This document shows, one piece after another, positions 58,608-64,000 of a stretch of 64,000 nt of DNA. The DNA comes from Acidimicrobiia bacterium (lineage in GTDB: Bacteria > Actinomycetota > Acidimicrobiia > Spongiisociales > UBA11373): contig JACRIT010000085.1 in assembly GCA_016215655.1 (NCBI GenBank), forward strand, positions 39,007-103,006. The letters run 5' to 3'. The position numbers were made by a program, and so were the translations under genes. Below the pieces are notes generated by a model. It was not told the DNA's origin and made no database searches. It was given only the letters and a program-made list of their open reading frames with translations. Numbering within the stretch: position 1 is the stretch's first letter; every line of letters begins with the position of its first letter.

Positions 58608-60135
58608 CGCGCGAAGTCGGTGGCCCGGAGCTCCCGGATCACCGTCACCTCGATCTGACCCGGGTACTGGAGCTCCTCCTGGAAGCGCTTGGCGATGCGG
58701 CGTGCCAGGTCGTGAGCGGCGAGATCGTCGACGGCGCCGGGATCCACGACCACCCGCACCTCGCGGCCGGCCTGCATGGCGTACACCCGCTCGACACCCG
58801 GGAAGGAGCGGGCGATGGCTTCCAGCTGCTCGAGACGGCGCACATACGACTCCACCGCCTCACGACGCGCCCCGGGACGCGAGGCCGATACCGCATCGGC
58901 GGCCTGCACGATCACCGCCGTCAGGGTGCGCGGCTCCACCTCGTTGTGATGCGCCTCGATGCCATGCACGATCGCCGGCGTCTCACCGAACCGGCGAGCG
59001 ATCTCGGCACCGACGAGGGCATGGGAGCCGCCCAGCTCATGGCTCACCGCCTTGCCGATGTCATGGAGGAAGGCGGCGCGGCGCGCCTCCACGGGATCGA
59101 CGCCGATCTCCGCGGCGAGCATCCCCGCCACCTTGGCGGACTCGATGAGGTGATGGAGGACGTTCTGGCCGTAGGAGAGGCGATACTTGAGGCGGCCGAG
59201 CAGATTCACCAATTCGGGGTGCATCCGCGAGATACCCACCTCGAGAATGGCCCACTCGCCGGCATCGCGCACGCTCTGTTCCACCTCGGCCAGCGCCTTC
59301 TCGTAGGCATCTTCGATCGACGCCGGGTGGATCCTGCCGTCGGCGATGAGACGCTCCAGCGCGATGCGTGCCACCTCGCGTCTCACCGGATCGAATGCGG
59401 AGATCCCGACGGCCTCGGGAGTGTCGTCGACGATGATGTTGACACCGGTGATCCCCTCGAAGGCGCGGATGTTGCGCCCGTCGCGGCCGATGATGCGGCC
59501 CTTCATCTCGTCACTGGGCAGGTGCACCGTGGACACGGTCGTCTCGGCGACCACCTCGGAGGCGAGTCGCTGCACCGTGGAGGTGAGGATGCGCCGGGCT
59601 CGCCGGTCGGCCTCCTCCCGGGCCCTCATCTCCAGATCTCGCATCAGCACCATGGCGTCGCGTCGGGCCTCATCCTCGACGCGCTGCAGCAATTCCGCCT
59701 TGGCGGCCCGGGCATCCACGCCGGCGAGCTTCTCCAGGGAGGCGCGGGCATCCTCCCGAAGCTCCTCGGCGACGCGCCGGGCATCGACCACCTCGCGCTC
59801 GCGCTCGATCAGGTTGGTTTCACGCTGGGCGAGATTCGCCGCTCGCTGCTCGAGGGTCGCCTCGCGCTGCAGGGACCGCTCCTCGAGCGACTCGAGCTCG
59901 AGCCGGCGATGGTCGAGCGCCGCCTCCTCCCGCTCCCGGAAGGCCTCTGCCGTCGCCCTGGCCTCCCGCTCGGCGCCCTCGAGCACCCGCTGGGCGTCAC
60001 GCCGCGCCTCACGCAGCATCTGCTCTGCCGTCACCGCGGCCCGATCCCGGGTGCGGCGCTGCCAGAGGCGCCCCGCGCCCACGCCGAGCACCAGGGCAAC
60101 CAGAGCGGCGCCCGTGGCGACGAGGGCGGTAGGCA
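58604..60135 (-). CDS. rny: ribonuclease Y
   Basis: N-terminal TM helix, coiled coil, KH domain (GRIIGRDGRNIRAFEGITG), HD domain (HHLIESAKV...FLHDIGK). Confidence 0.9.
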
Positions 60136-60367
60136 TGAGCGGCTCCTCTCGGCGGCTCCCGGAACGCATTGCGCGCCGAACCCGCAACGGGCTCGACGCG
60201 CACTCGGCATGACCTCGTCACGGACGACTCGGTCGATTCAAGACTGCGAACAGGGGGTCGGATTCGGTACGGGTTTCAGGATTTGGTGCGCGTTGGGACA
60301 CCATCGTACTCCGCCCCCGGCCAAAGGGCCCGGCACCCTTTTCCTCCCCGGAGGGGTCCCAAACACG

Positions 60368-60394
60368 CCGGTGCGGCCCCGCCGGACCGCACCG
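60368..60394 (-). terminator. hairpin 18 nt downstream of recA
   Basis: CCGGTGCGG-ccccgccggac-CCGCACCG; the U-poor stretch UGUUUGGG follows on the transcript. Confidence 0.4.
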
Positions 60395-60411
60395 AATCCC
60401 GTCCCGAGAGG

Positions 60412-61521
60412 TCAGTCCTCGACGTCGTCGAGCCCCGTCTTGGTGATCCGACCGGCCCCTTCGTCGGTGGCGTCGGCATCGGTCTCCGTGTCGTCGAACG
60501 ACCCCGCCCCGGCTCCCCCGATCCCGACGGTCTCGAGCACCCGGGCCTGGAGTTGCACCACGACCTCCGGGTTCTCCCGCAGGAACCGCTTGGCGTTCTC
60601 CCGTCCCTGGCCGAGCTGATCGCCATCGAACGTGTACCAGGCCCCGCTCTTGCGAACCACGTCGTGCTCCACCGCCACATCGAGCAGCGAGCCTTCGCGT
60701 GAGATGCCCTCGCCGAACATGATGTCGAACTCCGCCTTGCGGAAGGGAGGCGCCACCTTGTTCTTCACGACCTTGGCCACCACGCGGTTGCCGACGGCCT
60801 CCTGGCCTTCCTTGATGGACTGCACCCGGCGGATGTCGATCCGGACCGACGAGTAGAACTTGAGGGCGCGCCCGCCAGGCGTGGTCTCCGGGCTGCCGAA
60901 CATCACCCCGATCTTCTCGCGGAGCTGGTTGATGAACACCGCCGTGGTCTGGGAGCGATTGATCGAGCCGGCGAGCTTGCGCAGCGCCTGCGACATCAGT
61001 CGGGCCTGAAGCCCGACGTGGGTGTCGCCCATCTCGCCTTCGATCTCGGCCCGGGGCACCAGGGCGGCCACCGAGTCGATGACCACCACGTCGAGGGCAC
61101 CGGAGCGGATCAGCATGTCGGTGATCTCGAGGGCCTGCTCACCGGTGTCCGGCTGGGAGATGAGCAACTCGTCGACGTCGACGCCCAGCGCCGCGGCGTA
61201 GCCGGGATCGAGGGCGTGTTCGGCGTCGATGAAGGCGGCGATGCCGCCGTTGCGCTGCGCCTCGGCCACGATGTGCAGCGCCAGGGTGGTCTTGCCACTG
61301 CTCTCGGGCCCGAAGATCTCGACGATTCGCCCGCGGGGGACTCCGCCGATGCCCAGGGCCAGGTCGAGCGCCATGGCGCCGGTCGAGATGGCGTTGATCT
61401 TCTGCACGTTGTCGGCGCCGAGGCGCATGATGGCGCCCTTGCCGAACTGGCGCTCGATCTGCGACAGGGCCATCTCGAGAGACTTGTCTTCCACGGCTCG
61501 ACTCCTTCCGGGCTTGGTCAT
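60412..61521 (-). CDS. recA: recombinase RecA
   Basis: GPESSGKTT Walker A, L1/L2 loops; 369 aa. Confidence 0.95.
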   Translation of the reverse strand: MTKPGRSRAVEDKSLEMALSQIERQFGKGAIMRLGADNVQKINAISTGAMALDLALGIGGVPRGRIVEIFGPESSGKTTLALHIVAEAQRNGGIAAFIDAEHALDPGYAAALGVDVDELLISQPDTGEQALEITDMLIRSGALDVVVIDSVAALVPRAEIEGEMGDTHVGLQARLMSQALRKLAGSINRSQTTAVFINQLREKIGVMFGSPETTPGGRALKFYSSVRIDIRRVQSIKEGQEAVGNRVVAKVVKNKVAPPFRKAEFDIMFGEGISREGSLLDVAVEHDVVRKSGAWYTFDGDQLGQGRENAKRFLRENPEVVVQLQARVLETVGIGGAGAGSFDDTETDADATDEGAGRITKTGLDDVED

Positions 61522-61600
61522 GAGGGCAACGTATCCGCGGGGTGTGACACCAACCGGTGAATCACACGAATGCTATTCCGTGACATGGCGGAACGATAGC

Positions 61601-61614
61601 CGAACATCTGTTCG
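61601..61614. promoter_or_regulatory. LexA (SOS) box upstream of recA
   Basis: gCGAACatctGTTCGa, 80 nt upstream of the recA ATG. Confidence 0.7.
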
Positions 61615-61627
61615 ATGCCAAGCAACC

Positions 61628-62172
61628 TCATCCCCGGCCCAGGGGGATCTCCTCACGGATGCGATAGGCCGCCCCACCGCTGCCCAGCCGGCTCTGATAG
61701 ACGGTGACCCGGTCCACCTCCATCGTGATTCCGAAGGGAGCCGTGGTGGCGACCAACGCGGCAATGTCCTCGGCCGGCCGCAACCGGCTGAGGGTGAGGT
61801 GGGGATTGAACGGGCGGTCCTCCGGCGGGAATCCGGCGCGATCCACCGCAGCGTCGACGGCGACGGCGAGCGACGCCAGTGCCTCGCCGCCCCGATCGGG
61901 ACCGATCCACAGCACCGTGGCGCGCTCGGCGCGGGGAAAGGCGCCGAGCCCGCCCCAGCGGAGCCGGAATCGTCCTCCGAGGTCCGCCTCGGCGAGGCGC
62001 GAGACGAGGACCTCATAGGCGACCTCCTCGATCTCGCCGAGGAAGCGAAGCGTGACGTGCCAGTTCCCGGGGCGCACCACCTTGCCGGGAATGTGGTCGA
62101 CGGAGGCGCCGAGGGCGGCGACGATCCGATGGCGCACCTCATCGGGCACCGGCACCGCCACGAAGATCCTCA
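61628..62172 (-). CDS. thpR: RNA 2-prime,3-prime-cyclic phosphodiesterase (2H family, LigT/ThpR)
   Basis: Two HxT/S motifs (HVTLRF, HLTLSR); GTG start overlaps the cinA stop (GTGA). Confidence 0.8.
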
Positions 62173-63416
62173 CCCGCTCCACCACTCCCCGGTGATCCCG
62201 AGCCTGAGCAGATGCAGGGCCGCCGTGGTGGTGTAGACCCGGACGCGCTCGCGGTCTCCCGGCCACCGCGACACCCGTACCCGCGAACCCTCCGGCGTCG
62301 CCACCGCGATCACCATCGTCCCGGCCGGCTGCTCCAGGGTGTCGGGGCCGGCGGAGCCGGTCACCGCCACCGCCACGTCGGCGCCGAGCACCCGGCGCGC
62401 CCCCTCTGCCATCTCCAGCGCCGTCTCCGCGCTCACCAGGCCGAACCGTGCCACGGTCTCGGGTGACACCCCGAGGGTGCCCGTCTTCACATCGGGGTGA
62501 TACGCCACCACTCCGCCGCGAACCACCGCCGATGATCCGGGGACCGCGGTCAGGGCGGCAGCCACCAGGCCCCCGGTGGCAGACTCGGCGGTCGCCACGC
62601 TCCACCCTCGCTCGGCGCAGAGGCGCAGGACGATGCGTTCGATGGTGTCGTCGCCGGCACCGAACACCAGCCGGCCGAGGCGCCGGCGGATCTCGCTCTC
62701 GAGCGGGGCGATGAGCGCCTCGGCTGCAGCCGCATCACCGGCACGGGCGGTGATGCGCAGCTTGATCTCTCCGCCGCTCGCCAGGAACGCCAGGGTCGGG
62801 TTGGTGTGGCCCTCGTAGAGGTCGCCGACGATCTCGGCGATGCGTGATTCGGACTCACCCCAGGTGCGCAGCAGTCGGCTGACGATGACCCCGCCACCGC
62901 CCGCCTCGGCGACGAGGTGCGGCAACACGTGCTCGTCGACCATGGGCAGCATCTCCTGCGGAACACCGGGGAGGGCGAAGACCCAGCACCCACCGATGCG
63001 CAACCGCAGCCCGGGTGCGGTTCCCTTGGCGTTGGCGATGAGCGTCGCCCCTGCCGGGTGTTCGGCCTGGCGGAGATTCGACGCCGGCATCTCGCGACCG
63101 CGACGCTCCCACCAGACCCGGAGGTGATCGGCGTACTCCTCGGAGAACTCCATGGACACCCCGGCGGCGGCGCAGAGCGCCTCACGGGTGAGATCGTCCT
63201 GGGTGGGCCCGATGCCGCCGGTGATGATGAGGGCGTCGGCCCGACCTGTGGCCTCCCGGATGGCGGCGGTGATGCGCTCGACGTTGTCACCCACGACCGT
63301 CTGGCGGTAGTGATCGAGGCCGGAGGAGGCGAGGCGATCGCCGATCTCGGCGGCGTTGCCGTTGACGATCTGGCCGAGCAACAACTCCGTGCCGACGGCG
63401 AGCACTTCGACGTTCA
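62170..63416 (-). CDS. cinA: competence/damage-inducible protein CinA (MoCF-binding plus PncC nicotinamide-nucleotide amidase domains)
   Basis: VNVEVLAVGTELLLGQIVNGNAAEIG...; the C-terminal CinA domain ATAESATGGL. Confidence 0.85.
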
Positions 63417-64000
63417 CCGCAGGACCTCGGCCGTCGACTCCGACCCGTAGGAGGCCGTCACCCGCACCCGCAGCCATTCCCCCGGCTTGCCCTCGTCGAG
63501 GAGCATCACCCCGTCGATCTCCGGCGCCTCGCGGTACGACCTGGCCACGGGGGTTCCGTCCTCCACCTGGTCCACGACCACCTCGAACTCGGATCCGACC
63601 GTCTCGGCATTGCGTCGGGCGGTGATGCGCTCCTGGACCTCTTGGAGGCGCCTCGTGCGCTCGGCGATCTCGACACCGTCGATCCGGCCGGGAAGCAGGG
63701 CAGCCGGGGTCCCCTCCTCCGGGGAGTAGGCGAAGAATCCCGCCCAGTCGAGTTCGGCAGCCTCGAGGAAGCGCTCCAGGGTGTCGACGTCGGACTCGGT
63801 CTCGCCGGGGAATCCGACGATGAACGACGACCGCAGGGCTGCCTGCGGCGCCGCCCGCCGGATCCGGGCGATGAGATCGAGATGGCGCTCGCCGTCGCCG
63901 GGCCGTCGCATCGCCCGCAGCAGCGAGCCGGAGGCGTGCTGCAGGCTCAGGTCGAAGTACGGGGCGATGACGGGGCTGGCGGCCATTTCCGCGATGAGGG
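63414..64000 (-). CDS. rimO: ribosomal protein S12 methylthiotransferase RimO, C-terminal part (5-prime end beyond window)
   Basis: Radical-SAM C-terminal region and TRAM domain (SSFIVGFPGETESD, FFAYSPEEGTPAA, EWLRVRVTAS); N-terminal half lies outside the window. Confidence 0.8.
   Translation of the reverse strand, partial: LIAEMAASPVIAPYFDLSLQHASGSLLRAMRRPGDGERHLDLIARIRRAAPQAALRSSFIVGFPGETESDVDTLERFLEAAELDWAGFFAYSPEEGTPAALLPGRIDGVEIAERTRRLQEVQERITARRNAETVGSEFEVVVDQVEDGTPVARSYREAPEIDGVMLLDEGKPGEWLRVRVTASYGSESTAEVLR

Noticed and set aside
60136-60411. A recX or other small gene in the recA-rny spacer
   Set aside because: Only a 134-aa ORF out of frame and overlapping recA is present. At 276 bp the spacer is too short for RecX and contains a terminator-like hairpin instead.
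58712-60619. 635-aa plus-strand ORF
   Set aside because: Antisense to rny and the recA 3-prime region.

Overview
High-GC (~70%) chromosomal segment from an actinobacterium (Actinomycetota); no other organism identification is possible from sequence alone. It is almost entirely core housekeeping. Gene order matches, from memory, the conserved actinobacterial blocks alaS-rarA-aspS-hisS, relA-apt-secFD-yajC-(tgt-queA)-ruvBAC-yebC-pdxTS-pimA-acyltransferase-pgsA, thrS, the tRNA Gly-Cys-Val cluster, dut, nrdR-LysM/lexA-dapF-miaA-miaB-rny-recA-thpR-cinA-rimO. Most genes are on the minus strand. Many are translationally coupled through GTGA/ATGA overlaps and many use GTG starts. The ORF track omitted the first 1.7 kb minus-strand gene because its stop lies outside the window; it is the 5-prime part of alaS. 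RNA genes are tRNA-Val(CAC) on the plus strand at 42.3 kb and a minus-strand tRNA-Gly(GCC)/tRNA-Cys(GCA)/tRNA-Val(GAC) cluster at 52.1-52.4 kb. Four LexA (SOS) boxes of the actinobacterial TCGAAC-N4-GTTCGA type are visible, three between lexA and the divergent LysM gene and one upstream of recA. I found no transposase, integrase, phage genes or CRISPR array. Candidate accessory or novel content sits between core blocks: (i) three consecutive pseudopilin/Tad-like minor-pilin genes at the position ppiB occupies in mycobacteria, with no assembly machinery nearby; (ii) a three-gene overlapping operon of a signal-anchored small protein, an HTTM-domain membrane protein and a LapA-like protein, divergent from a membrane-anchored Moco oxidoreductase; (iii) a 9.7-kb segment flanked by inverted near-identical tRNA-Val plus UUCG-hairpin modules, carrying a large secreted/polytopic protein with a 16x Thr linker and tandem DUF2269-like paralogs; (iv) an unannotated small zinc-ribbon ORF plus patatin next to thrS; (v) several heptamer-repeat/inverted-repeat intergenic elements (queA-ruvB, thrS leader, pgsA-EF-G, convergent-gene palindromes).
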